Shown: positions 39,976-50,520, counted from the stretch's first letter. The stretch: DNA of 64,000 bases from an uncultured Verrucomicrobiae bacterium (GCA_963836755.1 CAWIKF010000002.1:736001-800000); one strand, 5' to 3'. Made by a program: numbers and translations. Notes: generated by a model not told the origin, from the sequence alone.

Positions 39976-40848
39976 ATGAACGCGAAAACCACTCCGATGC
40001 TTTTAACAATAATGGCCACGCTGGTCGGAGGATCGGTGATGGCAGCCGAACCCAATCTGCCAAAGCTGGGCATTCAAGCTTGGACTTTCAACAACTTGAG
40101 CCTCTCTGAGACCATCAACAAAGCCTCCGACTTAGGTATTCACTATATGGAGATATTTCCTGGTCAAACTTTAGGCGGGAACCTAAAGGGTAAGTTGGGA
40201 CCCGATCTAGATGAAACGAACCAAAAAGCGCTCCTGGCGCTGGCCAAGAGCAAAGGCGTGACATTGGTCAGCGTTGGAGTCATTACACCTTCCGTTCAGG
40301 ATTGGCCGAAGTGGTTCGCCTTTGCTAAAGCCATGGGTCTTCAAAATATTACGAGCGAACCCCCTCAGGATACATTGCCGATCGTTGACCAACTTTCGCG
40401 GCAATACGGCATCACCGTTGCCTTCCATAATCATCCCAAGCCCTCCCGCTATTGGGATCCCGCTATCGCGTTGACAGCCTTGCGGTCATACGGCCCAAAT
40501 TTGGGAATCTGTGCCGATACCGGGCATTGGTCACGCTCGGGATTTATTCCCGTCGACTGTCTCAAGAAGGTGGAGGGTCGCATTTTGGAATGCCACTTTA
40601 AAGACCTCGATCAACAAAACGGATCGGGCCGGGATGTCGCTTGGGGGACTGGCACCTCCAACGCGAGCGGCCAACTGGCCGAATTGCGCCGTCAGGGCTT
40701 CACCGGCGTGATACTGATGGAGTATGAAAATCACCACGCAGGTTATGAGGACGATTTGCGCCGCTGCGTCACGTTCTTCAACTTAGCCATGCGAACCAGC
40801 CTCGGAGACCTCGAGGCCGGAAAAGTGCTCGCTCCCCCCATTCATTGA
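39976..40848 (+). CDS. Sugar phosphate isomerase/epimerase (xylose-isomerase-like TIM barrel), exported
   Basis: AFHNH, DTGH, HFKD, MEYE; N-terminal signal peptide. Confidence 0.88.
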   Translation: MNAKTTPMLLTIMATLVGGSVMAAEPNLPKLGIQAWTFNNLSLSETINKASDLGIHYMEIFPGQTLGGNLKGKLGPDLDETNQKALLALAKSKGVTLVSVGVITPSVQDWPKWFAFAKAMGLQNITSEPPQDTLPIVDQLSRQYGITVAFHNHPKPSRYWDPAIALTALRSYGPNLGICADTGHWSRSGFIPVDCLKKVEGRILECHFKDLDQQNGSGRDVAWGTGTSNASGQLAELRRQGFTGVILMEYENHHAGYEDDLRRCVTFFNLAMRTSLGDLEAGKVLAPPIH

Positions 40849-40957
40849 GCTGAGACTTACTATTAATGAGAGCGGCAGCGTGGTAACAACCATCGTAAGC
40901 CGCTCCTCAGATTGGCGCTTTGAACTCTTGTAACCAAACTATGGGAGGATTAACCTT

Positions 40958-43651
40958 TTGGCCTGCTGGAATCTAATCGCTAAAGGTAAATGGATCAAAA
41001 TCCTCGGGACAGCGGCAGCTTGTTTGTTCACGCTGGCTGACTCCTTAGAGGCAGCAACTTCCACGCTGTTCTGTGCAAAGAAAGACGCGGCAGCGATGTT
41101 TGGGGCAGGCGATCTTTCCGCTGCGATGGCTCGGCAAGGCTACACCGTATCAGATGTTCAAGATTTGACCACGCTGACCGGAGGCACCGAGAATATCCGT
41201 ATAGTCCTTGCCAAAAAGGGGACCTCGAGTGTTGAGGACGCGCTTGCAAAGGAAGGTGCGCCTCCCGTGCCCACCCTCCAGCCTCAGGGATATGCCTATC
41301 GTCTTACCACCTCCGGCACTCGGCGCACCTATTGGGTGATCGGGGCGGATGCGACCGGGCTCATGTATGGCGGCTTGGATCTGGCGAACTCCATCGCCAT
41401 TAATGACCTGGGTTCAGTGTTCAATAGCGAGCATAATCCATATATCGTTCGCCGAGGTCTTCTCTACAATATTCCCTTGGACTGTCGCGCCCCGAACTAT
41501 GGCGCCTCCGGTGATGCTTTTTCGGAGAATATAGAGGTGATGTGGGACTTTACCTTTTGGAAGGAGTTCCTGGATGATCTGGCGCGCGATCATCTGAATG
41601 TCATCTATCTGTGGACCCAGAACCCCTTCCCCGTCCTGGTCAAAGTGCCCGACTATCCAGAGGTCTCGTTGAGTGATGTCCAGAGGCCCACGATTCCGTT
41701 CACGGGTTCCACGTCAGGGACCGGGCTTACGCCCCCGGAGATGCTCAAAACCGCCGCCACGGTGAAGACGATGACCATCGAAGATAAAATTGCGTTCTGG
41801 CAGAAGGTGATGGCTTACGCGCACGATCGGGGGGTCTCGTTTTCGTTAAACACCTTCAATATCCATCTCTATTCCATGGAAGGAAAACATGGGATCACCA
41901 ACAGCCTGAGCAATCCAAACACCAAGGATTACTTTAGAAAGGCAGTTGAGGCGATGGTATTAACCTACCCTTTTCTGGAGGAGATTGGGACGTATCAAGG
42001 AGAGGATATGAAAGGGAGCGATGAAGCCAGGCAGGCTTGGATTCATGACACCTACTATCAAGGTATCTTGGATGCCGAAGCGCAGCGGCCCGGCCGGCGG
42101 GTCAATTTTATGGATCGGGTGAGCAGTCCCAAGCAGATGGATGTGGCAGCGTCGACCTCTGGCGCCGATCCCGAAAGGTTCCACGCCTCCATCCGGTATG
42201 CGACGCAGATCTATACAACGCCAACCCCTCACTCCTTTGATTTTCTGCTAAGTCACGTGCCGAATGGAAGGCAAGTGTGGCTGGAGTTTAGAAACGAGTC
42301 TTTCTTTGCGTTCAGATTTGGTGACTGTGAATTCATCCGCTCACTAATAAAAGGAATCCCGACCAATAAGACTTATGGGTTTCTCTGGGGAAGTAACGGA
42401 TACATGTACGGACGGGAGTTTATTAGTACTGACCCAGACAGTCCCCGCCAATCCTTGTCGAAAAAGATGTGGTACAATTTCATGCTACTCGGGCGTCTAG
42501 CCTATGATCCGGGCCTCTCGACGAGCCTCTTCCAAAAAACCATTGCTAATAAGTTTCCTGAGGTGAGCGGTCCGGCCCTTTACGATGCCTGGGTGGCCGC
42601 TTCCAAGATTATTCCCGTGGTTAATCGTTTCCACTTTTCCAATACGGGCGGGGCAGACTGGATGTGGTATCCGGAAGCATGCATGAACCAGCGGGAAAAT
42701 ACGATTTCCAACTTTATCGGCAGTCGCACTATCGACTCCACCATGATGAACATCGGCGCCTACCGCGACAAACTGGCGGGCGGGCTGGCAATGGGTTCAG
42801 CCATCACACCTCTGCAAACGGCTCAACAACTGAATGACTATGCCGACGCCGCTTTGCAGAGCGTTGACCAGATGGATCCGGGTCCAAACAAAGAGCTTCG
42901 TTTAACCATCGGCGATATCCGCGCTATGGCGTATCTCGGGTATTATTATTCGGAGAAAATTCAGGGTGCCACCGAGAAGGCCATCTATGATCAGGATCCG
43001 GCCTCGCATGCCGAATTTAAACAGAAGGCGATTGATCATCTAAGGTTGGCCGCAATGCATTGGAGGACCTATGCCGCTGCGTTCGCGCAGTTGTATAAGC
43101 CGCAGTGGCTGTCCCGGATTGGCCCAGGAGGAGGCTCTGCCTCGGCGTATGTCGATGTAAAGCAACTGTTCGCGACGGCGCTCACCGACCTTAAGATCGC
43201 CAGAGGGAGTGATCTGGATGCTTCGACCACCCCAACCGCCAACGGTAGTATTTTAGAGGCGGAGAAGGCGCGATTTCGAGCAGGTTTGGTAACAACCCGT
43301 CTGAGCGGATTCACCGGAACCGGCGCGGTCGAGTTCACACGCGCAACTAATGGAACGATCGAGTGGAACTATTTTGCCGCCCAGCCTGGGTCCTACTCGT
43401 TAGAATTCCGCTATTCAATGGCAAGCGGAAACGTTCCGGCCACCTTGTCCCTCAACGGAAAACAGGTCGACGGGGAGTTGTCATTCTGGACGACGGGAAA
43501 CTCATGGCAATCTGAAACCCGGCACCTCCCGCTCGTTTCGGGACCGAACGTGATCAAACTCAGCTTTAGGACACCTAGAACGCTCCTCGTGGATCACCTT
43601 AATGTTGTAGCGAGTTGTGAAAGAGTTTTAGCTCCTCCGCAAAAACGCTGA
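40958..43651 (+). CDS. Secreted putative glycoside hydrolase with C-terminal CBM35/CBM6-like domain
   Basis: GH20/67-like N-domain (VIGADATGLMYG); C-terminal LEAEKA...GFTGTGAVEF...LEFRYS..VDHL. Confidence 0.65.
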   Translation: MACWNLIAKGKWIKILGTAAACLFTLADSLEAATSTLFCAKKDAAAMFGAGDLSAAMARQGYTVSDVQDLTTLTGGTENIRIVLAKKGTSSVEDALAKEGAPPVPTLQPQGYAYRLTTSGTRRTYWVIGADATGLMYGGLDLANSIAINDLGSVFNSEHNPYIVRRGLLYNIPLDCRAPNYGASGDAFSENIEVMWDFTFWKEFLDDLARDHLNVIYLWTQNPFPVLVKVPDYPEVSLSDVQRPTIPFTGSTSGTGLTPPEMLKTAATVKTMTIEDKIAFWQKVMAYAHDRGVSFSLNTFNIHLYSMEGKHGITNSLSNPNTKDYFRKAVEAMVLTYPFLEEIGTYQGEDMKGSDEARQAWIHDTYYQGILDAEAQRPGRRVNFMDRVSSPKQMDVAASTSGADPERFHASIRYATQIYTTPTPHSFDFLLSHVPNGRQVWLEFRNESFFAFRFGDCEFIRSLIKGIPTNKTYGFLWGSNGYMYGREFISTDPDSPRQSLSKKMWYNFMLLGRLAYDPGLSTSLFQKTIANKFPEVSGPALYDAWVAASKIIPVVNRFHFSNTGGADWMWYPEACMNQRENTISNFIGSRTIDSTMMNIGAYRDKLAGGLAMGSAITPLQTAQQLNDYADAALQSVDQMDPGPNKELRLTIGDIRAMAYLGYYYSEKIQGATEKAIYDQDPASHAEFKQKAIDHLRLAAMHWRTYAAAFAQLYKPQWLSRIGPGGGSASAYVDVKQLFATALTDLKIARGSDLDASTTPTANGSILEAEKARFRAGLVTTRLSGFTGTGAVEFTRATNGTIEWNYFAAQPGSYSLEFRYSMASGNVPATLSLNGKQVDGELSFWTTGNSWQSETRHLPLVSGPNVIKLSFRTPRTLLVDHLNVVASCERVLAPPQKR

Positions 43652-43717
43652 CAGTTGCGCGAAAAAATGAGCCCTGCTTTTTGGAGAAAGTTCCCAATTG
43701 TGAGGAACTTCTAAAAT

Positions 43718-43792
43718 TGGCTCCAGCGGTAGGATTTGAACCTACGACCAATCGGTTAACAGCCGACCGCTCTACCACTGAGCTACGCTGGA
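43718..43792 (-). tRNA. tRNA-Asn(GTT)
   Basis: Minus strand tccagcgtagctcagtggtagagcggtcggctGTTaaccgattggtcgtaggttcaaatcctaccgctggagCCA. Confidence 0.98.
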
Positions 43793-43915
43793 TTTAAAAA
43801 TTGCCGCCGAGAGAAACCTTCGCACTTCGCTGCGGCCTCGCGGTGGCTTTACTGCTAGCTTTTGCTGCTCCCGGGGTCAAGCTGGTTCACGACTACGCAC
43901 CAAAGTTTCTGCAGG

Positions 43916-44605
43916 TCAGGTGCAGAGGATCGTGAGCTTTTTGGGGCCATGCGCGCCGAGGACGAGGATGCGTTCAATGTCGCCAGTGCGGCTCGGCCCG
44001 GTGATGAATGAGAAAAAGCTGGGCATCGCGGGCGCGTATTTTTTTTGCAAAACTGAAATTGCTGCGCTGAGGTCGGGCACGAGCTGCGCGCGGCTCGCGA
44101 GCACGATGTGATGCGGCGGCAGCACCGAAAGCGCGCGGCCGCCGGCACTGCGGGTCGAGACGAGGATGCTGCCCGTTTGCGCGACGAGAGCGTCGCACTC
44201 GGTGATGCCGGCATCGCAGTTTTCGAGCTCGCGAACGTCGTAGCCGGGATCGGTTTCGACGACCGGCAGCTTCAGTGTTTCGCGAGCAAAGTTCGTAAGT
44301 TCGCCCCGATGGATCCCGACTTTTTCCCATCCTTCGCGGTTGCGGATTTCCGACAAGCGCCGCGCAAGTTCATCGCGCGATGCGACGAGGCGAAAGTCGG
44401 CACGAAGCTCGATGGAGTGGGCGCGGAACATTTCCACTTGTTCCACCAAAGTTTCACCTGCGTGCGGAAGCCAGCGTGAGAAGGAGTTCGGCTGCTCCAC
44501 TGGCGCACGCGACGGCGGCGCATCGGTATGCGAGTGGGGATGCGGCGCGCTGAGCGTCAATGCTTCGCGGATGCGACCGAGGATTTTTTCGCGTTCGCCG
44601 TTCAT
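43916..44605 (-). CDS. lutC: Lactate utilization protein C (LUD domain)
   Basis: LSVLPPHHI, ITGPSRTGDIERILVLGAHGP; ATGA overlap with lutB. Confidence 0.9.
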   Translation of the reverse strand: MNGEREKILGRIREALTLSAPHPHSHTDAPPSRAPVEQPNSFSRWLPHAGETLVEQVEMFRAHSIELRADFRLVASRDELARRLSEIRNREGWEKVGIHRGELTNFARETLKLPVVETDPGYDVRELENCDAGITECDALVAQTGSILVSTRSAGGRALSVLPPHHIVLASRAQLVPDLSAAISVLQKKYAPAMPSFFSFITGPSRTGDIERILVLGAHGPKKLTILCT

Positions 44606-46008
44606 TTTTTCGGCTGACGATTTTTCCAAATCTCGCTGAAAGTTTCCGTCGCCACGTCGGGCAGATCACGCGTCTTCGTCCATGCGAACGCCGGGTCGAG
44701 CGGCGTGCCTTTCACGAGCGGATGAAACTTTTGCGCGAAGCGCGCGAGACGCTGGCTGAGGCTCCAAAGCGCCGGCCGCTTCATCACGAATGCGAAGCCG
44801 GCGAACGCGAGCGATTCCCACCAGACCGGTTTTTGGCGCATCGCGTTCCGGCGATTGCGCAGCAGATGATGATGGAGATCGATCTTCACTGGGCACGCCT
44901 CGGTGCAGGCGCCGCAGAGCGACGATGCGAAGGAAAGATGTTTCCAATCCTGCAATCCGCGCAGGTGCGGCGTGATGACGGAGCCGATCGGGCCTTGATA
45001 AGTCGCACCGTAAGTGTGGCCGCCGACGTTGCGATAGATCGGGCAAACGTTCAGGCACGCGCCGCAGCGGATGCAATGAAGCGCATCGCGCTGCTCGGGA
45101 TCGGCGAGCAATTGCGTGCGCTGGTTGTCGAGCAGGACGACGTGAAATTCCTCGGGGCCGTCGCTTTCGCCCGGCTGGCGCGGACCGCCGTAAAGCGAGT
45201 TGTATCCGGTCATCGCCTGGCCCGCGCCCGCGGTGCCGAGCAGCGGTAAAAAAAGCGCGAGGTCGTCGAGCCGCGGCAAAATTTTCTCTATTCCGAGCAG
45301 CGCGATGTGCACCTTTGGCAGCGCGCAAGTCAGCCGCGCATTGCCCTCGTTTTCGGTGATCGAGATCATCCCCGTTTCCGCGATCGCAAAGTTCGCACCG
45401 CTGATGCCGATGTCGGCCGTGATGTATTTTTGACGCATCACGCGCCGCGCGATCATCGTCAATTCCTCCGGATCGCTCGTCGGCGCGCTGCCGAGTTCTT
45501 TTTCAAAAAGCGCGCTGATTTCGCCGCGCGTGAGATGCATCGCGGGAAAAACAAAATGATACGGCGCCTCGTGCCGCAACTGCACGATGTATTCGCCGAG
45601 ATCGGACTCGACGACATCGAAGCCAGCCTGCTCCAGCGCTTCGTTCAAATGGATTTCCTCGCCTGTCATCACCTTGCTTTTGATGATCGAACGCGCATTT
45701 TTTTCGCGGACAATTCCGATGATGATTTCGCGCGCCTGCGCGCCGGTGCTGGCCCAATGCACCTTCGTCCCGCGAGCTGCGATTTTGTCCGCAAACTCCA
45801 CGAGATACTTGTCGAGATGATTGACCGCTTCCCACTTGATTTCCGCGCCCGCCTGCCGCGCGCCCTGCCAATCCTGATACTTCGCCTTTCGCGCATCGCG
45901 CGCCGCCTCATATTTTTTCAGCGCCGTGTCGATAAGCGCGCGGTGCCGCAGATCGTGCGTCAGCCGCTCCGCGTCATTCTTGAATTGTTCGGCGTTCGTC
46001 CGGGCCAC
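44602..46008 (-). CDS. lutB: Lactate utilization Fe-S protein B
   Basis: ESDLGEYIVQL, ENEGN, CIRCGACLNVCP, SSLCGACTEACP. Confidence 0.93.
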   Translation of the reverse strand: MARTNAEQFKNDAERLTHDLRHRALIDTALKKYEAARDARKAKYQDWQGARQAGAEIKWEAVNHLDKYLVEFADKIAARGTKVHWASTGAQAREIIIGIVREKNARSIIKSKVMTGEEIHLNEALEQAGFDVVESDLGEYIVQLRHEAPYHFVFPAMHLTRGEISALFEKELGSAPTSDPEELTMIARRVMRQKYITADIGISGANFAIAETGMISITENEGNARLTCALPKVHIALLGIEKILPRLDDLALFLPLLGTAGAGQAMTGYNSLYGGPRQPGESDGPEEFHVVLLDNQRTQLLADPEQRDALHCIRCGACLNVCPIYRNVGGHTYGATYQGPIGSVITPHLRGLQDWKHLSFASSLCGACTEACPVKIDLHHHLLRNRRNAMRQKPVWWESLAFAGFAFVMKRPALWSLSQRLARFAQKFHPLVKGTPLDPAFAWTKTRDLPDVATETFSEIWKNRQPKK

Positions 46009-46011
46009 TTT

Positions 46012-46731
46012 TTATGCGCGCGAATTCAAGATTTCCGCGAGGTGCAAAGTTCGCATCGGCCGGCCTTCGCGGTCGAGCAAACCTTGCATCTGCATGTTGC
46101 AGCTCAAGTCGTTGGAGACGATAAAATCCGCGCCGGTCTCGCGCGCGGAGGCACATTTCACTTCGCCCATCGCCGTCGAAATCATCGGGAATTTTGCCGC
46201 GAAAGTTCCGCCAAAGCCGCAGCAATTTTCCGCCTCGCGCATCTCGATCAACTCCAATCCGCGCACCTTCGCGAGCAATTCGCGCGGCTGCTTTTTATTG
46301 CCGAGCTCGCGCAATCCGTGACAGCCATCGTGAAAAGTTACTTTCGCCGGAAACTGCGCGCCGAGGTCCGTCACGCCAAGTTTCGTCACTAAAAAATCGG
46401 AGAACTCGTAAGTTTTTTCCGCGAGCGTTTCCGCACGCGCGGCGCGTGGAGTTTCGGCAAAAAGTTGCGGGTAGAATTTCTTGATCATCGCGCCGCACGA
46501 GCCGGAAATGACGACGAGCGCCTCGGCGGCCTGCAAGCGGTCGAGCACTTTCGTGGCGATATCGCGCGCCGGATTCCAGTAGCCGGAATTAAACGCCGGC
46601 TGTCCGCAGCAGGTGATTGCGTCGGGACATTCCACTTCGTGACCGAGCCGCTCGAAAATCTCCACGACATCCATCGCGACTCGCGGATAAAACAGATTGA
46701 CGAAGCATGGAACGAACAGCGTGATTTTCAC
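46012..46731 (-). CDS. lutA: Lactate utilization protein A (CCG domains)
   Basis: CCGQPAFNSG, HDGCH, CCGFGGTF. Confidence 0.92.
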   Translation of the reverse strand: MKITLFVPCFVNLFYPRVAMDVVEIFERLGHEVECPDAITCCGQPAFNSGYWNPARDIATKVLDRLQAAEALVVISGSCGAMIKKFYPQLFAETPRAARAETLAEKTYEFSDFLVTKLGVTDLGAQFPAKVTFHDGCHGLRELGNKKQPRELLAKVRGLELIEMREAENCCGFGGTFAAKFPMISTAMGEVKCASARETGADFIVSNDLSCNMQMQGLLDREGRPMRTLHLAEILNSRA

Positions 46732-46761
46732 TCCGTTAAACTTTTGCGCATCGCCGGAACC

Positions 46762-48942
46762 TCACCGCAAAAACGCCTCGTGCAAGCCGCCATCCACCGT
46801 GATGACCTGGCCGGTCGTTTTGCTGAGTCGATTGCTCACGAGCAGAAAATACGCTTCGGCCTGATCCGCGGGCGTGATCGGCGATTTCGTCAAAGTCCGA
46901 TCGGCGTAAAATTGCGCAAGTTTCGTCACGAGCGATTCCGTCGCCTCATCGTCCTTGTAAGGGATGTTGTATTTTGCGAGCGAGCCTATGACGCGGTCGC
47001 GCGGGAACATCGCGGAGCCTTGCACGACGGTCGCCGGCGCGACGCCGTTGACGCGCACGAGCGGCGCGAGCTCGATCGCCAGCTCGCGCACGAGATGATT
47101 TGCGGCCGCCTTCGACGTGTCGTAAGCGACGCTCCCTTTTTTCGCGACGACTGCATTCGCGCTGGTCGTCAGCACGAGCGCGCCTTTCAGGCCTTGTTCT
47201 TTCCACGTCTTGAAAGCTTCGTCGGCGACGAGATAAAGGCCGGTGACATTGATGCCAAAAGTCAGCGCCCATTTTTCATCCGGAATGTGTCCCGTCGTGT
47301 CGCTCGCGACAAAAATTCCGGCAGTGACTTCGATGGAATCAAACCCGCCATACGCCAGCGCGACCTCGTCGAGCATCGCGCGGATGCTTGCGCGGTCAGT
47401 GATATTTGCGGCGAGTCCAATCGCCGGGCCGCAGCCACTGATGCCGCTGCCCGCGACGCCGATGCCCTGCCCGAGTTTGTCGGTGATTCCTTTCGCGGTC
47501 GCCTCCGCGGAAGCTTGATTGAGATCGACCGCGACAATGTGCGCGCCTTCCTTCACGAGCCGATGCGCCGTTTCTTTTCCGATGCCCGAGCCCGCGCCGA
47601 TGACGATATGCACCTGCCGCGCGAGCTCTTTTTCCGCGGGCATCCGCTGCAATTTCGCCTCCTCGAGCAGCCAATATTCAATGTCGAACGCCTCCTGCTG
47701 CGGCAGCGCGATGTATTCGTCAATCGCCTCCGCGCCGCGCATCACCTCAACTGCGCAGTTGTAAAACTCCGCCGTCACGCGCGATTCCGATTTGTCCTTG
47801 CCCCACGCGATCATGCCGAGGCCGGGAATTAAAATCACTGTCGGGTTCGGATCGCGCATCGCCGGCGAGTTCGCGTGTTTGCATTTTTCGTAATATTTCG
47901 CGTAGTCCTTGCGGTAACTTTCCAGGCCGCTCGCGAGCACTTTTTTCAACGCCGCGAGATCGTCTTTCTGCGGATTCCAGTCGACGTAGAGCGGCTTGAT
48001 TTTCGTCCGCAAAAAATGATCCGGGCAGCTCGTGCCCAGCTCCGCGAGCCGTTCCGCGTCTTTCGAGTTTACGAAACGCAAAATTTTCTCGTCGTCCTGA
48101 ATCGTCCCGATGAAACGCTTTTGCTGCGAGACCTGTCCGCGCAGCCACGGCAAAATTTGTGCGAAAATTTCGCGGCGTTTCACCTCGTCGAGCGTCTGGT
48201 ATTTTTGTCCGCCAAAAGTTTTCTCGCCTTTGTCGTGAGCCGCGATGTATTGCGCGGCTTTTTCGATCAGCGTCAGCGTCAGCTCGTAGCATTCCTTGTC
48301 GTCATTCGCCCAATTGATCAGGCCGTGCTGGCCCATGATGATGCCTTTTGCGTTCGGGTGCTCGCGACAGATTTTTTGCATTTCGAGCCCGAGCTCGAAT
48401 CCGGGCCGCAGCCACGCCGTGTGCACGACTTCGTCGCCGTAAATTTCTTTCGTCAACTTCACCGAATTTTTCGACGCCGCGATCGAGATCGCCGCATTCG
48501 GATGCATGTGATCCACATGTTTAAACGGAATAAAACTGTGCAGCGGCGTGTCGATCGAAGATGGGCGCGGGTTGAGATTGAAAGTCGTGTGCATATACAT
48601 GCCGACCATTTTGTCCTCGGCATCAGTCTTCGGGCCTTTCTCCGGCGCGGCTGCGTAAAGCGGTTGCAGCGAAAGCAGCTTGTCCTGATAGAGCGACGAA
48701 AAATTTTCGCGAAGCGAAGTCCGCAAATCGCCGCCCGAGCCTTTCACCCAAAGCACTTCGATTTCGCGGCCGGTCAACGGATCGACCTGCATGATTTTCG
48801 ACGAAGTGTTTCCGCCTCCGGTGTTCGTGATGCGCTGGTCGGAGCCGAGAATATTCGAGCGATAAATCAAGCGGCCGACGGCGTCGAGCGACGCGGCTTT
48901 CGTGTCGTCCCAAAGATAATTGACGTGTTCGTATTTTTTCAT
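46762..48942 (-). CDS. rhaD: Bifunctional rhamnulose-1-phosphate aldolase / short-chain dehydrogenase
   Basis: Start MKKYEH; TNTGGGNTSSK, KGSGGDL, SIDTPLH, GTSCPDHFLRTK, IEYWLLEEAKL, SDR GAGSGIG and YDTSK. Confidence 0.92.
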   Translation of the reverse strand: MKKYEHVNYLWDDTKAASLDAVGRLIYRSNILGSDQRITNTGGGNTSSKIMQVDPLTGREIEVLWVKGSGGDLRTSLRENFSSLYQDKLLSLQPLYAAAPEKGPKTDAEDKMVGMYMHTTFNLNPRPSSIDTPLHSFIPFKHVDHMHPNAAISIAASKNSVKLTKEIYGDEVVHTAWLRPGFELGLEMQKICREHPNAKGIIMGQHGLINWANDDKECYELTLTLIEKAAQYIAAHDKGEKTFGGQKYQTLDEVKRREIFAQILPWLRGQVSQQKRFIGTIQDDEKILRFVNSKDAERLAELGTSCPDHFLRTKIKPLYVDWNPQKDDLAALKKVLASGLESYRKDYAKYYEKCKHANSPAMRDPNPTVILIPGLGMIAWGKDKSESRVTAEFYNCAVEVMRGAEAIDEYIALPQQEAFDIEYWLLEEAKLQRMPAEKELARQVHIVIGAGSGIGKETAHRLVKEGAHIVAVDLNQASAEATAKGITDKLGQGIGVAGSGISGCGPAIGLAANITDRASIRAMLDEVALAYGGFDSIEVTAGIFVASDTTGHIPDEKWALTFGINVTGLYLVADEAFKTWKEQGLKGALVLTTSANAVVAKKGSVAYDTSKAAANHLVRELAIELAPLVRVNGVAPATVVQGSAMFPRDRVIGSLAKYNIPYKDDEATESLVTKLAQFYADRTLTKSPITPADQAEAYFLLVSNRLSKTTGQVITVDGGLHEAFLR

Positions 48943-50417
48943 GTGAGGAGGTTGAGTTTGGAAAATCGCTCCGAAGCTTCGCGCCAATCGGCCGCGTCTG
49001 CTGGAGAAAAAGTTTGCACGGGAAAAGATTCCGCGACCACGCGGCGCAACTCGCTCAGCGAGCGAAGCTGCCCGAGCGCAATCGCCTGGATGAGCACGTT
49101 CCCGATCGCCGTCGCCTCGACCGGCCCGGCAAAAACTTCGCGCTCGATTGCATTCGCGGTGAATTGATTGAGCAAAGAATTTTTGCTGCCGCCGCCGACG
49201 ACGTGCAGCCGGCGGATCGTGCGGCCCGTGATTTTTTCGAGTTGATCGAGCGTCCGCCGATACAAAAGCGCGAGACTTTCCACGATGCAGCGACCGAACG
49301 CGCCCGGCTCTTCGGGCACTGGCTGCGCGGTTTCGCGGCAATAGCTCACGATTTTTTCCGGCATATTTCCCGGCTTCAAAAATCGCGCTGCGTTCGGATT
49401 GATCAGCGAACGAAACGGCGTCGCTGCCTGCGCGCGGTGCGTCAATTCCGCGTAATCGAGCTCGCCATTTTGCTGCGCCCAAGTGCGCCGGCATTCCTGC
49501 AAAATCCAAAGTCCGATGATGTTTTTTAAAAAGCGAACGCTGCCGCCAAAGCCGAGCTCGTTCGTGAAATTATGCTCGCGCGCGGCGTCGTTGATGAGCG
49601 GCTCTGGCAGCTCGACTCCGATCAGCGACCAGGTGCCCGATGAAAGATACGCCCAATCGTCGCCATCGCCCGCGGGCACTGCCGCGACGGCCGCGCCGGT
49701 GTCGTGCGAGCAGGTCGCAATGACCTGCACTTCATCCGCGAAATCAAGTTCCGCGGCGACTTCCGGCAGCAGCGGCCCGAGCTTTGCGCCGGACGGGACA
49801 ACGTCTGGAAAAATTTGCGCGGGAATCGAAAAAGTCTCGATCAACTTTTGCGACCACGTGCGCGTGCGCGGATTGTAAATCTGTGTCGTGCTCGCCATGC
49901 TTTCCTCAGCGCAAGCCACGCCGCAGAAAAGAAAATTCAGGTAATCGGCGATGTTCAGAAACTTTTCCGCAATTTTCAGCAGCTCCGCATTCTGTTGCAC
50001 ATCGGCAACGAGCTGATAAACCGTGTTAAACTGCATGAACTGAATGCCTGTCTCGGCAAAAATCAGCTCCGACTTTGGCAGCGACGCCGCGAAAGTTTCA
50101 TCCGTGCGCGCATCGCGGTAATGATACGGCAGCGCGAGCAGTGGCTGGCTCGCATTGAAAAGCGCGTAATCGACGCCCCAAGAATCGACGCTCAAACTTT
50201 CGACGGCAATTTTGCGCGCGGCGACTTTGCAAAGTCCGATTTTGAGTTCTTCAAAAATCCGCAGCACGTCCCAGCGCAACGTTCCAAAAATCCGCGCGCC
50301 GCCATTGGCAAACCGATGGATTTCCTCGAGCTCAAGCCGCCCGCCGCCGAGCGTGCCGAGGATTACGCGGCCGCTTTCTGCGCCGAGATCACACGCGATG
50401 TAACGTCGTTCGATCAT
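48939..50417 (-). CDS. rhaB: Rhamnulokinase
   Basis: DLGAESGR, DSWGVDY, HDT, LSSGTWSLIG, GPVEATAIGN. Confidence 0.92.
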   Translation of the reverse strand: MIERRYIACDLGAESGRVILGTLGGGRLELEEIHRFANGGARIFGTLRWDVLRIFEELKIGLCKVAARKIAVESLSVDSWGVDYALFNASQPLLALPYHYRDARTDETFAASLPKSELIFAETGIQFMQFNTVYQLVADVQQNAELLKIAEKFLNIADYLNFLFCGVACAEESMASTTQIYNPRTRTWSQKLIETFSIPAQIFPDVVPSGAKLGPLLPEVAAELDFADEVQVIATCSHDTGAAVAAVPAGDGDDWAYLSSGTWSLIGVELPEPLINDAAREHNFTNELGFGGSVRFLKNIIGLWILQECRRTWAQQNGELDYAELTHRAQAATPFRSLINPNAARFLKPGNMPEKIVSYCRETAQPVPEEPGAFGRCIVESLALLYRRTLDQLEKITGRTIRRLHVVGGGSKNSLLNQFTANAIEREVFAGPVEATAIGNVLIQAIALGQLRSLSELRRVVAESFPVQTFSPADAADWREASERFSKLNLLT

Positions 50418-50520
50418 GCGTGGGAATGCGGCGTCGGGATTTTTTCGTGTGCTCCGCGATCCATTCGGGACGCGCAGTTTCGCGCCGTGCGCCGCCTTTT
50501 TGCAAACTAAAACCCGGCGA

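Larger units (their letters stand above)
16000..43700. mobile_element. Putative genomic island downstream of tRNA-Asn (boundaries approximate)
   Basis: Visible shift in composition (less CGCG-rich), accessory CAZyme and integron cargo, adjacent to a tRNA 3' end. No att direct repeat found. Confidence 0.55.

Noticed and set aside
48943..49509. 915-aa extended rhaD ORF
   Set aside because: The extension overlaps rhaB out of frame. The true start at 48942 forms an ATGA overlap.
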